From: the human T2T-CHM13v2.0 reference genome, Homo sapiens
DNA: 64,000 nt
Assembly (NCBI RefSeq): GCF_009914755.1
Contig: NC_060945.1
Direction: 5' to 3' (one strand)
Made by a program: the position numbers and the translations under genes. Positions within the stretch are counted from its first letter, which is position 1. Every line of letters begins with the position of its first letter. This document shows, one piece after another, positions 18,875 through 32,664 of this stretch. Below the pieces are notes generated by a model. That model saw only the letters and a program-made list of their open reading frames with translations, was not told where the DNA came from and searched no databases.

Positions 18875-20071
18875 TAACTTTCCAAAATTATTGAAAAACA
18901 TTAATCTACATATCCAGGACCTCAGAAAACTCTAAGGTGGAGACACACAAAAGATACGCAAACAGACATATCATAGTAAAAATACTGAAAGTCAAAAACA
19001 AGGAGAAAATCTTGAAAGCAGCAAGAGAAAAACAAGTTATTTATAAGAGAACCATAAGAAGAGCAACAGTTCACTTCTTATCAGAAACAATGGGCACCAG
19101 AAGGTAGTATGATGGTACATTCAAAGTGCTCAAAGAAAAAAAAGTCAGCCAAGAATTCTATATCCAACAAAGTTGTCTTTCAGAAATGAAGGCAAAATAA
19201 AGGCATTCCCAGATAAATCAAAACTGAGGGAATCTATTACCTGCAGATGCATCTTACGAGTCATACTAGCGTTCCGCAGACCAAAAGCAAGTAACTCCAG
19301 ACAGAAATTCAAATCCACACAGAAAAACAAAACAGCAGTAAAACTAATTATGTAATTATAAAAAGTAGTACAAATGCATATTTTCTCCTTTATTCTCTTA
19401 ACTGATTTTTAAAAAGCAATATAAAAAGGTATATTTGGTGTTTTTGGGCCTATAACATATAGAAATCTAATATATTTGGCAATAATAATACAAAGGAGGT
19501 ACATGGAAACAAAGCTATATCGTGCAAAGGAAGTTACTGAAGATAGTAATGTGAATCCACAGGAAAAAATGAAGAGAATCAGAAATGATAAAAAGGCTAA
19601 TATAACAAATGATATAAATATATACTTGTTCTTTCTTCTCTGAGCATCTTTAAAAGCCATAAAATTATAGGAAGTAATAAGTATAACAATATATTGTTGG
19701 GTTTTAACATCTGTAGATGTAATATATATAACAACAAGACTACAAAAAGGACAAAAAGGAAAAGAGTTGTATAGGAGCAATCTTTTTGTATCTCACTGGT
19801 ATTAAGTTGGCACAAATCTGAAGTTGATCTTGATAAGTCAAAATAAGTATATGGTAAACCCCAGAGCAAACACTAAGGAAAAACTAAAACAGTGTCATGG
19901 GAAAACATAAAGAAATCAAAATGCTACATTAGGAAATATGCACTTAATATAAGAGAAAGTAGTGAAGAAAGAATATAAGGACAGTGGTGACAAAAAAAAA
20001 CCCATAAACCCACAGAACCATATAAAACATATGGGAAATAAAAAGTAAACTAGTAGACATAAATTCAAGTA

Positions 20072-20682
20072 CAGTTGATTTTCATTGTTAGTAGTAATTA
20101 CATAAAGTCATTGCAAATACTGAATTAGGAAATAATATACCATTGTTCCTAGGGGAAATACAGAGTTTGGTTCTTGTAATCCTCTGGTCGCAGTTTCAAC
20201 TATCAACATATAGTCGAGTGTTATATGTGTTTAATAATTATTGTTTATTCATTAACATTGAACTCAGCCAACAGTACTACAACTTATGCCTTAACAAAGC
20301 TTCTCTAACATACATATTTTCTCTGTAAGGCACATCACAGCCTTTTTGCACTTAGGAACACTGAACAGCCCCTTCACCACCATGCCTGAGGGCCATTTTA
20401 AACAGTAAAGTCACCCAAAAAATCACAAAAATGTGAAAATGTGGCATTAAGTAGATTACAAAAAAAATGCTTATTTACAATATGAGAGCTGAAGCAAGAA
20501 TGCAGAGTGTGCCTTGTTCAACCTTATCTGGGAACATGCATTTTGGGAGACTCAAATTTCTCACTAATCTGTGCATGCCAATGAATGACCACAAAAGTGC
20601 CACCAGTATTTGAGATTACAAATTAATTTTAGAGAGTAGCTGAATTTGCAAATACAAAATTCATAAAAAATGAGGTCAACTG
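20072..20682 (+). mobile_element. TcMar-Tigger MITE (MER82-like)
   Basis: Terminal inverted repeats CAGTTGA...TCAACTG flanked by TA target duplications; about 610 bp. Confidence 0.8.
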
Positions 20683-22332
20683 TATATCAATAACAACATT
20701 AAATGTAAATAGATTAAATAACCCAGTCAAAAGGCAGAGGCTGTCAGACTGGATTAAATAAAAAACAAGATGTAATAGATACTCTGTAAAGTAGGCATTC
20801 TTTATATTCCAATATACAACTAGATTGAAAGTAAACAGAAAGAGATAAACTATACAAACAACAACCATGAGAAAATTGGAGTAGCCCAACTGCTGTCCGA
20901 TAAAATAAATTTTAAAACAAAAATTGTTACTAGAGATTAAGAGGAACACTTTATAATGATAAAAGGTCAACCTATCATGAAGGTATAATAAATATAAACA
21001 TGTATGGAAATAATAAAAGAGCACCAAAATACATGAAGCAAAAGCTGACAGAAATGAAGGGAGAAATAGACAAGTCAACAATATTAATTGAATAGTTCAA
21101 CACCGTAATTTCAACAAACGGATAGAATAACTAGGTAGAAGATCAACAAGAAAAAGGAAAACTTGAATACAATAAACCAATAAAGTCTAGCAGACACCTT
21201 TAGACTGTTCCCACCTGATGACAGCAGAATATACATTTTTTTGAAATGCATATGCAGTATCGTCTAGGATAGGACATATGTTAGGCCATAAAATAAACCT
21301 CCAGTAAATTTAAAAAGACAGAAATAATGCAAAGTATGTATTCTGGCCACAACAAAATAAAATTAGAAATCAATAATAGAAAAAAAACTGGGGAAACACA
21401 CAAATATGTGAAAATTAAACAGCACACTCTTATATAACCAACAAACAAGTCAAAAAAGAAACCAAAAGGAAAATCATAAAATCATCAAGATGAATAAAAA
21501 TGAAACCCAAAATACCAGAACTTATGAGATGCAGCAAAAGTATTGCTTAGAGAGAAGTTTATAGTTATAAATACCTGTATTAAGAAAGATCTCAAATCAA
21601 TAACCTAACCTACTTTAAGATGCTGGAGAAAGAAGAGCCAACTCAAAGCAAGCACAATGAAGGAAATAATGAAGATTAAAGTGGAAATAAATAAAGAATT
21701 AAAACCAATTCTTCACAAACCCTTTCAAAAACTAAGAGGAAGTATTACTTCCTAACTCATTCTATGAGGCTAGTATTAGTCTCATACCATAATCACACAA
21801 AGACATCATAAGAAAAGAAAACTACAGACCAATACCACTATCTCTCATGATATGAACGCAAAATACTCAACAAGATACTAGCAATCTGAATCCAGCAACA
21901 TAAAAGAAGAGTTATACACCATGGCTAAATGGGATTTATCCCTGGGATACAAGATTGGTTTAATATCTAAAAATCAATTAATGTAACACAACACATCAAC
22001 AGAATAAAAAACAAAAATAGCATGATTATAACAATAGATGCAGAAAAAGCAGTTGATAAAATCCACCATCCTTTCATGTTAAAAACACTCAATAAGATAG
22101 AGCAGGAAACTTGCTCAATTTGTTAAGGGCATCTATGAAGAATCCACAGTTAATATTATACTTAGTGGGAAAAAATAAAAAGCATTCATATTGGAAAAGA
22201 AGAAACAAATCATCTCTATTCACAGATGATATAATCTTATATATAGAAAATCCTAAGAAATTCACTAAAAAGCTGCCAGCTCAGCAAGGTTGCAGGATAC
22301 AACGTCAACACACAGAAATCAATGGTATTTCA

Positions 22333-22644
<312 letters not shown>

Positions 22645-24107
22645 TTATTTATAATAGCATCAAAAAGGAAAAAATACTAGGACTAGATTTAACAAAATAA
22701 TTATAAAACTTATACTCTGAAAACTATAAAACATTATTTTTGTTTTGTTAAGGAAGATGTAAACAATGGAAAAGCATCATACGTTCATTAATCTGAAGTC
22801 CATGATCCACTCATGTTAATATTGTTAACATGACAATACTCCCCAAATTAATTACAGATTTGTCCAATCTCAAGCTAACTTCTCTGTAGACATTCACAAG
22901 TTGATTATAAAATCAATATGTAATTACAAGCGATCCAGAATAGCCAAACCAAAATTTAAAAAGAGGAACAAAGTTGGATGACTCATAGTTCCCAATTTAA
23001 AGATTTACTACAATAAATCTTGGTTACTACAGTAACCAAGACTGTGTGGTACAAATATATAAATAGACAAATGAATGAATAAAGTAAAATTGAGAGTCCA
23101 GAAATAAACCCACCTATCTATAGTCAATTTATTTCTCACAAGGTTGTCAAGACCATTCAATGAGGAAAAAATAATCTCCTTAGCAAATGGTGTGGGGGCA
23201 ACTGAATATCTATATACAAAAGAACAAAATTGACCCCCTACCTCACACCACATACAAAAATTAAATGGATTGAAGACTCACATGTAAGTACCAAAAGTAT
23301 AAAACTCTTAGAAGAAAACATAAGGGTAAATCTTCATGACCTTGGATTTGGCATTGGATTCTTGGATATGATATCAAAAGTACAAGCAACAAAATAAAAA
23401 AAATAGATAAATTGAACATCATCATGGTTTAAACATTTTGTGCTCCAAAGGGCTCTACCAAGAAAGTAAAAGGAAAACCCACAGAATGGGAGCAAATATT
23501 TGCAAATCATATATCTGATAAGGGGCTCATCAAATACATAAAGAATTCTTTATAACTGAGCAATAAGTCCATTAATCCACGAAAAACTGGGCAAAAAATT
23601 TAAATGAACATTTCTCCAAGGAATATGCACAAATAGCCAGTACACACATGAGAAGTGCTCAACACCACTGTTGGAAATGCAAATTCATTTTTATTTACTT
23701 CAGAAGGACCTGCTGCACAGATATGACGTGCACTGTCCCAGAAACCGTGGGGGAAGGGGACAGAGACAAACATTACTGTCTTCACCTTCCAAACTAGTAG
23801 GCAGAGGATGGGATGGGGCTTGTCTGTTAGATTTGGGATTGATGGCACTTCAAGTCTTAGATAAATGGGTCTACAAAGTGTCCCTTTTTAGATGTGATTT
23901 TATTGTTAGCGCTTCCTGCCAAAGGATGTCAACATAAAAACTCTGAGCACTAGTCCCTCGATTGCAGGAATTGGCTGTGCAAACCACTAGCAAATGGTCA
24001 CACAGACTCTCACATACTGCCAGTGACAGGGACCTCACTACCTAGCAAGGCCAGCCACTCTTGATCCCAGAGAAACCCAGAGAGTCCTTGACAAATGCCG
24101 CCCCTCA

Positions 24108-24434
<327 letters not shown>

Positions 24435-24494
24435 TTAGGCCAGGACACCCCCAAAAGTGGATACCCATAACAGCCAACATGTATGGGGCATCAG

Positions 24495-24590
24495 CGTGGC
24501 AGGCACTTTACATAGCACTATAGCCCCTATGAGCTGTGAACCAAGGTTATCTCTGTTTCAGTGGTAAGGAAACAGAGGCACCATGAGGTG
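24495..24590 (+). mobile_element. MIR fragment
   Basis: GGCACTTTACAT...TTATCTCTGTTTCAGTGGTAAGGAAACAGAGGCAC. Confidence 0.5.
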
Positions 24591-25637
24591 TGCCCGTGTG
24601 GCCTCCCCCCACCCCTCCTCCTGCTCCTGGGGGATCTTGCACGGCTGCCTCTGAGCTGCAGGTAACATTCCACCCATGGCTGCTGTTTTCAAGTCGGCAG
24701 CCAGGCACTGTGCAGGGTGAGCTGTGCGGGACGAAGGAAGGAACGCATGGCCCCACCGCAGCCACGGGAACCCCAAAGGAAACGCAGGAAGCGGCTGGGA
24801 ATGAGACCAGGCAGGCCCAGGCTCCTGTCTGCTGGCCTCCCTTGGGTCCCTGTGCTGCCCTTGGGTGCTGTGGGAGGCTGGAGCTGCCATGGAGCTGGCA
24901 GTGCCTGCCCCTCGTCCCCCTCTGGGCGTGCCAGGGGAGTGGATAATCTCCTGGGGAACCTGGGATTCAAAGTTGGTGGGAACATAATTGATGGGCTGGC
25001 CTGGCCTCCTCCGAGGCCAGGTGACAGGGAGGAAAATGGGAAGCATGGAGGGCATTCGGGGCTAGCAGAGGGCTGCAGACCAGATCCCTGGCCCAGGCTG
25101 AGTGGCTGGGAGCAGAGCCTGAGACTGATGCCTGGACCCTCCTCAGCTCGGCCACTGCAGCTGGCCCCAGCCTGGGTAAATGCCAGGGCGTGGCTGAATG
25201 AAGCAGGTGTTCCTGGAGCTGTCTCCCTCCATCTGGCAGTCTTGCTGAGGGGCCTCCTGCCTCAGCCTGGCATGAGGGTGTTGGGTCAGTCCACTCTGGC
25301 ACCCTCTAGGGTTCATCTTCCCCCACGTGCCCATCCTGGCCGGCATTGTGTAGGGAATGTCATGGATTCTCTGTGAAGGCCCCGGAAGGGCTTTGGTCAA
25401 ACATCTCAAGCAGAGGCCTTCCTCCCTCGCCTGCCTGCACGTGGCAGGGCCCCAGTGAGCAGCTGGAGAGCAGGACTCCACTCCAGGCCAGGAGAAGGCA
25501 CAGCCCTTCCTTGCACCGCCACGTGCATCGCAGTGCCACAGCTGCAGTGAGACTTGGATCCTCTGTGTCCTCCAGAGAGTGTGAGCACCTGGGATGGAGC
25601 AGTTCTGCAGAAGAGCCTACCCTGGAAAAGCATCCCG

Positions 25638-25789
25638 GTCCGCACACGTGCACACAGGGTGTGAAACGCAGGGTGTGACGGGCACTTCTTTCTTAGAAAA
25701 ACCGGATGTGACGCAGCCGTGCACGTCCGCACGTGTGCACACAGGGTGTAACGGGCACTTACAAAAACCGGATGTGACGCAGACGTGCA
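25638..25789. repeat. Imperfect CpG-rich tandem duplication (2 units)
   Basis: GTCCGCAC..GTGCACACAGGGTGT...ACGGGCACTT...AAAAACCGGATGTGACGCAG.CGTGCA occurs twice. Confidence 0.85.
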
Positions 25790-27039
25790 GTGCAGGAACA
25801 GCCGGCAAAGCAGCCGTGAGCACCCTGGCTGCAGGACGCTGCCTGGGCCTGGCCCAGGCACAGAGTGGGAAGATGTGGCAGGACACACCATGGGCCAAGG
25901 ATGGAAAGGATGCAGAGGGTCCTGGCTGGGGCAGGGGTGTGTGTGTGTGTGACCCACAGCACCAGAGAGTTTGGGGACATGCAGATGGAGGGAGCACAGT
26001 GAAGAAAGGGTGGCCTGCTTTAGGACAGGAGAATGTATTATTATTGTTACTATTTATGCAATTAAACACAAAAGGTAGAGTGTGAGGAGGCTTTGCCGCT
26101 TCTTGGAAAGACCCTGAGTTATAAAACATGCCACGACATAGGGACAGCAACAGTGGACACTGTGTGTAGAGAGGTCTGTGTACAGGGACCACCCCCGATG
26201 GAGGCTGCTGTGTGTGTTTAGGGGGTCCCAGGCTGACTCTGGGAGGATTCTGGCATCTTGGTGTGGGGGGATTCTGTGCCTCAGGGCTCTGATGTTGGCC
26301 CAAGCCTCAGGCTGGCGGAGGTTGGGGATGAGACTCCACATACTGTGGCGTTGCGTCCTGGGTCCCCTGGAAAGAATGGGTCTCTAAGTAAACCCCATGC
26401 ACCCTACTGCCCCTCCCCCCAGTCTCAGAGAGACACTGCTGCACAGCACTGCCTGGTGCTGGGCTCACCCCTGGGGGTTTAGCTTGAGCACGACCAGGGG
26501 CCACCTCCTCAATGAGGAAACGTGGGGGCCACCATCCAGAAGGTGCCCTGCCCAGCACTCAGGATGAGCCTCTGCCCTGCTGAGCCCCGGGATAGACAGT
26601 CAGCCCATCGCTCGCTGGGCTTTGGCAATCAGGAAACAGAATCCTGACCATCCCAGCAAGAGCCTCTCCCTCCACTGTTTAATTAAAATAGCCTCTTCCT
26701 GGCTCCGGACCCCACGCCTGCAGTGTTGTGTGCCTCTCAGCCTCCTGGGAGTGGACACCCAAGGGCAGATGAGTCCCTGACACAGCCTCGGCAGTGCTGG
26801 GTGGGGGCCTCTGGATGTTGACCTGCCCTCACAGCCACCTTGTGGGGCATCCTCCTTGACTCTATCATCGGTGAGACATGGGTCCAGAAGCCAGGAATTA
26901 TGGAATTACAGAAGGGGCTGCAGAGATAAGCTCGTTCACAGCCTCAGGCACAGGCCAGGTATAGCCGCTGAGGATGGAGAAGGAGGGAACCGGGCGCTGC
27001 TTTGAAAAGAAGAAAGGTATTGAATCCAACATAGGAGCT

Positions 27040-27853
<814 letters not shown>

Positions 27854-29064
27854 TAATGCACATGCCAGCCTCCTTGCTCTGTCTCCTGGGAGGGCTGGGA
27901 AAGCAACACCCCAGTAGTGTGAGCACACCTTGCTCCAGATTTTGGTTTCTAAATGCCTTCGTCCACCAAGAGGAAGCAGGGCTTCCTAGAGAAGCGTCTG
28001 ATTCCAGGGATGAAACAGGGCAAATCTGAGATGAACTTGGACCCAAAAGTAAGAAAGGTCAGGGAGGGACAGCGTGTTGAAAGGGCACCAGGGCCAAAAC
28101 GAAAGGACTTGAGGGCCGAAGTTGGAACCACTGCAACCACAAAATACATAGTGATCATATTGGATTATAGCTCAAGTAATAGATAAACATTCTTTAGTCC
28201 ACACATAGATAAATAAATAAGGAAGCAAATAGACACACAGAAGAGCGGGACAGCTCCTCCTCCCGGGAGAATTTCAATTAGTAAGTGTGGAAGGAACAAG
28301 GCAGGGAGGAGAATCCTCAACAGAGCCCCACAGGGACCGTGCGGGCGAGGCCCCCGGAGGGGCACCAGCACTGCCGGGCAAACGCCTGGGCAGACGCGGG
28401 ACAGCTGCCAAGTCTCAGACATGACCAATTACAGAGGGAAACGGCGGCACCGCGAGGGATGGGCCGCGGCCGTGTCACCTCCATGCCCCACGCACACTGC
28501 TCCTGTGGGATTCCTCCCCCAACGCGATGCCCACTCTGACCACGAGGAAACCTCAAGCAAGTCCACGTGGAGGGGCATTCTACAAAACACCCAACCGGTC
28601 AAGGTCGCTGAGGCCAAGGAGAGATTGGGCAACCGTCACAAACCAGAGAAGTCGAGGAGACCTTTCAGCCAACGCCATGTGGGGTCCTGAGCAGGACCCA
28701 CCGGAAGTTGGTGCAGCTGCCTAAAGACCGTCCTGGCTGAGAAGAAACAGAGCAGCGCTGCTTTCTCAGAGCTGGGAACCAACCTGCGGTGGTGTCGGGA
28801 AGCTGGCAAAGGGCGATGTGAACCCCGCTTTTCAGCCACTATTCCCTAAAACCATTCCACGAGGTCAAGCCACACCTCACAAGCAAAGGCTGCTGAGTGC
28901 CCAGTGCTGGGCACCTGCTGTCCTGTGCTACCCTCGCCACCCCCCATGCTCCACCTGCCCCAGGCCCAAGTCCACGAGAAACACTTCTGCCGTGCTTGCC
29001 TTCCCATCCCGGGTTCTGCTCCCGTGCCCACGTCCTCATCCCAGGTTCTGCCATTGTGTCTGCT

Positions 29065-29236
29065 TGCTGTGGATTGAATTGTGTCCCTCAAAAGGTGCCG
29101 AAGTCCTGACCGCTGGTACATGTGAATGTGACCCTATATGGAAATAGGGTCTTTGTAGGTGATCAAGTTAAGAGGAGGCTGTTAGGATAGGCCCTACTGC
29201 AATAATGCTTTGTATCCTTATAAAAAGGGGAGATTT

Positions 29237-29289
<53 letters not shown>

Positions 29290-29547
29290 GAAGCTGTGTG
29301 AAGATAAAGGCAGAGCTCAGGTGAGGCCACTGTAAGCCAAGGACCCCAAAGATAGCAGCAGCCCACAGGAGTGAGGGGAGCGGGGTGAGACAGTGCCCCT
29401 CGCAGCCTCAGAAGGAACCCATGCTGTCCACTGTCCACACCTCGATCTCAGACTTCTGGCTTCCAAAACCATGAGACACGGAATTTCTGTTGTGTGACCA
29501 GCCAGTTTGTGGTACTGTTTGTCATGGCAGCCCAAGGAAAAGAATAC
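29065..29547 (+). mobile_element. MaLR solo LTR (MLT1B-like)
   Basis: TGCTGTGGATTGAATTGTGTCCC...GAATGTGACC...GGAAATAGGGTCTTTG start and GGCAGCCCAAGGAAAAGAATACA end. Confidence 0.85.
29239..29286. repeat. (AC)24 microsatellite
   Basis: Perfect dinucleotide run inside the MLT1 LTR. Confidence 0.97.
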
Positions 29548-29668
29548 ATTACAGCATACAAACCATGACTCACATTATCTTTACTTAGAACCCAAACAAA
29601 CCTCTCTCCCTAAGCTTTCAATCACAGAGGCACATGATCTTGTTCAGCAGCCTAGAAAACCAAGGCCC

Positions 29669-29812
29669 AGCGGAGCCACCCGTAGGCACCCACTCCCCAT
29701 AGCCTGGCACACACACACGGCAGAGCCACCCACAGGCACCCACTCCTCATAGTCCAGCACACACACGGCAGAGCCACCCGCAGGCACCCACTCCCCATAG
29801 CCCGGCACACAC
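29669..29812. repeat. 48-50-bp tandem repeat x3 upstream of KRTAP10-4
   Basis: Units GGCAGAGCCACCCGCAGGCACCCACTCCCCATAGCCYGGCACACACAC starting at 29669, 29719 and 29767. Confidence 0.88.
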
Positions 29813-30005
29813 GTGGACCATGCCACCCTCCACGTGCGCCTGGGGAGCAAAGCAGCACAGCCTGAACTGCCCCTCAGCTCTTCCTCCTGAGTCTAAAACA
29901 CGCACATGCGCCCCAGGCCAATTCCAAGTTTTGTAAACTGAGCAACAGCTCTTGGGAAACAAAAACACAGCTACTGTTTATTCTCCTGGAGCTGGCTGTA
30001 CACCC

Positions 30006-30071
30006 CAACAAGGAAGGGAGGGCTTGCTGAGCCTCCTGTCTGGACAACATGCACCAAGGAGGAGTATAAAA
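30006..30071 (+). promoter_or_regulatory. KRTAP10-4 proximal promoter
   Basis: CAACAAGGAAG 30006-30016, GGACAACA 30042-30049, TATAAAA 30065-30071. Confidence 0.8.
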
Positions 30072-30158
30072 GCCCCACAAACCCGAGCACCTCACTCACT
30101 CGCTCACCCACTCCCTCCCATCTCCCCCAGCTCAACCCCCAGCACAGCAGCATCCACC

Positions 30159-31364
30159 ATGTCCGTCTGCTCCAGCGACCTGAGCTACAGCAGCCGCGTC
30201 TGCCTTCCTGGTTCCTGTGACTCTTGCTCCGACTCCTGGCAGGTGGACGACTGCCCAGAGAGCTGCTGCGAGCCCCCCTGCTGCGCCCCCAGCTGCTGCG
30301 CCCCGGCCCCCTGCCTGAGCCTGGTCTGCACCCCAGTGAGCCGTGTGTCCAGCCCCTGCTGCCCAGTGACCTGTGAGCCCAGCCCCTGCCAATCAGGCTG
30401 CACCAGCTCCTGCACGCCCTCGTGCTGCCAGCAGTCTAGCTGCCAGCTGGCTTGCTGTGCCTCCTCCCCCTGCCAGCAGGCCTGCTGCGTGCCCGTCTGC
30501 TGCAAGACTGTCTGCTGCAAGCCTGTGTGCTGTGTGCCCGTCTGCTGTGGGGATTCTTCATGCTGCCAGCAGTCTAGCTGCCAGTCAGCTTGCTGCACCT
30601 CCTCCCCCTGCCAGCAGGCCTGCTGTGTGCCCGTCTGCTGCAAGCCTGTCTGCTCTGGGATTTCCTCTTCGTGCTGCCAGCAGTCTAGCTGTGTGAGCTG
30701 TGTGTCCAGCCCCTGCTGCCAGGCGGTCTGTGAGCCCAGCCCCTGCCAATCAGGCTGCATCAGCTCCTGCACGCCCTCGTGCTGCCAGCAGTCTAGCTGC
30801 CAGCCGGCTTGCTGCACCTCCTCCTCCTGCCAGCAGGCCTGCTGCGTGCCCGTCTGCTGCAAGACTGTCTGCTGCAAGCCTGTGTGCTCTGAGGATTCCT
30901 CTTCATGCTGCCAGCAGTCTAGCTGCCAGCCGGCTTGCTGCACCTCCTCTCCCTGCCAGCAGGCTTGCTGTGTGCCTGTCTGCTGCAAGCCTGTGTGCTG
31001 CAAGCCTGTCGGCTCTGTGCCCATCTGCTCTGGGGCTTCCTCTCTGTGCTGCCAGCAGTCTAGCTGCCAGCCAGCTTGCTGCACCTCCTCCCAAAGCCAG
31101 CAGGGCTGCTGCGTGCCCGTCTGCTGCAAGCCTGTGAGCTGTGTGCCTGTTTGCTCTGGGGCTTCCTCTTCATGCTGCCAGCAATCTAGCTGCCAGCCAG
31201 CTTGCTGCACCACCTCCTGCTGCAGACCCTCCTCCTCCGTGTCCCTCCTCTGCCGCCCCGTGTGCAGGCCCGCCTGCTGCGTGCCCGTCCCTTCCTGCTG
31301 TGCTCCCACCTCCTCCTGCCAACCCAGCTGCTGCCGCCCAGCCTCCTGCGTGTCCCTCCTCTGA
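30159..31364 (+). CDS. KRTAP10-4: Keratin-associated protein 10-4 (401 aa)
   Basis: First ATG after TATA is CCACCATG at 30159; [18 protein letters not shown]...ASCVSLL*, 1206 nt. The track ORF is over-extended to 29952. Confidence 0.95.
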   Translation: MSVCSSDLSYSSRVCLPGSCDSCSDSWQVDDCPESCCEPPCCAPSCCAPAPCLSLVCTPVSRVSSPCCPVTCEPSPCQSGCTSSCTPSCCQQSSCQLACCASSPCQQACCVPVCCKTVCCKPVCCVPVCCGDSSCCQQSSCQSACCTSSPCQQACCVPVCCKPVCSGISSSCCQQSSCVSCVSSPCCQAVCEPSPCQSGCISSCTPSCCQQSSCQPACCTSSSCQQACCVPVCCKTVCCKPVCSEDSSSCCQQSSCQPACCTSSPCQQACCVPVCCKPVCCKPVGSVPICSGASSLCCQQSSCQPACCTSSQSQQGCCVPVCCKPVSCVPVCSGASSSCCQQSSCQPACCTTSCCRPSSSVSLLCRPVCRPACCVPVPSCCAPTSSCQPSCCRPASCVSLL

Positions 31365-31740
31365 CCCCCCGTGTGCTCCCGCCCAGCCTGCTGAGGCCTC
31401 CGCTCAGGTCAGAAGCCCAGCTGCTGATGGACACGCCCCCCAGTGCCAGCCAGGCTCAGGTCCCACCTGAAAGCTGATAGTCGCGTCCTGAATTGCTCCT
31501 GCACTTTGACCATTTCCTGGTGTCTGCTGTTGAGCTGGACAATGGAAGAACTGAAAGTCTATACTCAATGCTGCAGCCCTCTTGCGGGGGGAGGGGGGCG
31601 CTTCTAGAAAGTTCCCATGGCAGTGGCCTCCCCTCCATATCTCCCACCTCTCATGAGGGTCAGCTCAGCCTTGACCTGTGAGGTCTCTGTCCTCCTGGCT
31701 CAGAGCCGCAGAGCCTTCTTTGGACGCCCTCAAGCTGACC

Positions 31741-31746
31741 AATAAA
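31741..31746 (+). terminator. Poly(A) signal of KRTAP10-4
   Basis: AATAAA about 375 nt after the stop, followed by GT-rich GGTGTGTTG. Confidence 0.75.
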
Positions 31747-32664
31747 GGCCCTGAGACTGCAATGGCGCTGACACCCAGGTGTGTTGATTAATGCCTTGGC
31801 TGGAGCTCACGGCCATGGTTTTCTCCTTTGTGCACAACCCTCTGCTGTCCTTCAGGCCCCTGAGTGTTTTCCTGTGCCCAGGGGCGTGTGGTTCCCAGGG
31901 GTCCAGGCTAGACGGACATGGACGCGGGGAGCCTTGCAGCCCTTTGGCCATTTCGGGCCCTTGGGTTTGTCCCTAACCCTCCTGTGTTGTTAGTCGTGTC
32001 ATAGTTCTTTTTGCTGATTTGCTTTTTAAATTATCCTTCTGCTGCACAATACTTGTCAAATAAGAATGGTGTCTTCTAGCGCCATGCTTGCCCAGAGTGT
32101 GTCCAAATGCCTCCCTAGCTTCAAAATCAGTAGTCTTCATCGACATTGCCTAAAACCTCTTGTGCCCTGTGCAGACATCACTGGCGTGGTGGGAGGAACA
32201 CAGACAGGCGATTGGAATTGGGTCTCTGTCGCTTCGCTTCCACCCTGTGTGAGCAGAATCATCTCCTCGACCCTCCGGCCTCTCTAAGGTCAGGGAAGTA
32301 GGACTCCCTCTTTCAGGTTTCCAAATGGAGTGGCAAGAACGACAGACAGAGCACGTGTGACCACCATGAGCCCAGGGCCAGCGGACTGCCCAGAGCAGGA
32401 TGGTCTGAGGAGTTTTGGGCATTTTAAGAAGTCTTTAAAAATTATATTTGGAATAATGATGTGTTGTAACCACTGGAAGAAGTGCCAACTATTCCAATGG
32501 TTATAAAACATACTCATAAAGCAATGACGATAAGATCAGAAAGAATTTCCATGCATAGGTGTCAGAGGGTGGCCCGGGAACTCAGCCGCAGTGGAGGTGG
32601 AGTTGTGAGGACAGACCCAGAGCACTGGCCACACGGAGTCACAGTCCCGGAGTGGAAGGGAGTG

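Noticed and set aside
29952-30158. N-terminal extensions of KRTAP10-4 (and of 10-3, 15119-15304) in the ORF track
   Set aside because: They begin at non-ATG codons upstream of the TATA box, so lie outside the mRNA.
30185-31309. Long Gln-rich antisense ORFs ([11 protein letters not shown] repeats; also 47863-48879, 57262-58242, 7329-7892)
   Set aside because: Mirror of TGC/TGT-rich KRTAP codons, which rarely give stops on the opposite strand; no promoter, splice or poly(A) support seen.
31653-31684. ATGA-GGGTCA...TGACCT hairpin in the KRTAP10-4 3'UTR as a SECIS for selenocysteine at the Cys>TGA codons
   Set aside because: The stem is only about 6 bp and lacks the apical AA and 11-12-bp helix of a eukaryotic SECIS; a SECISearch run would settle it.
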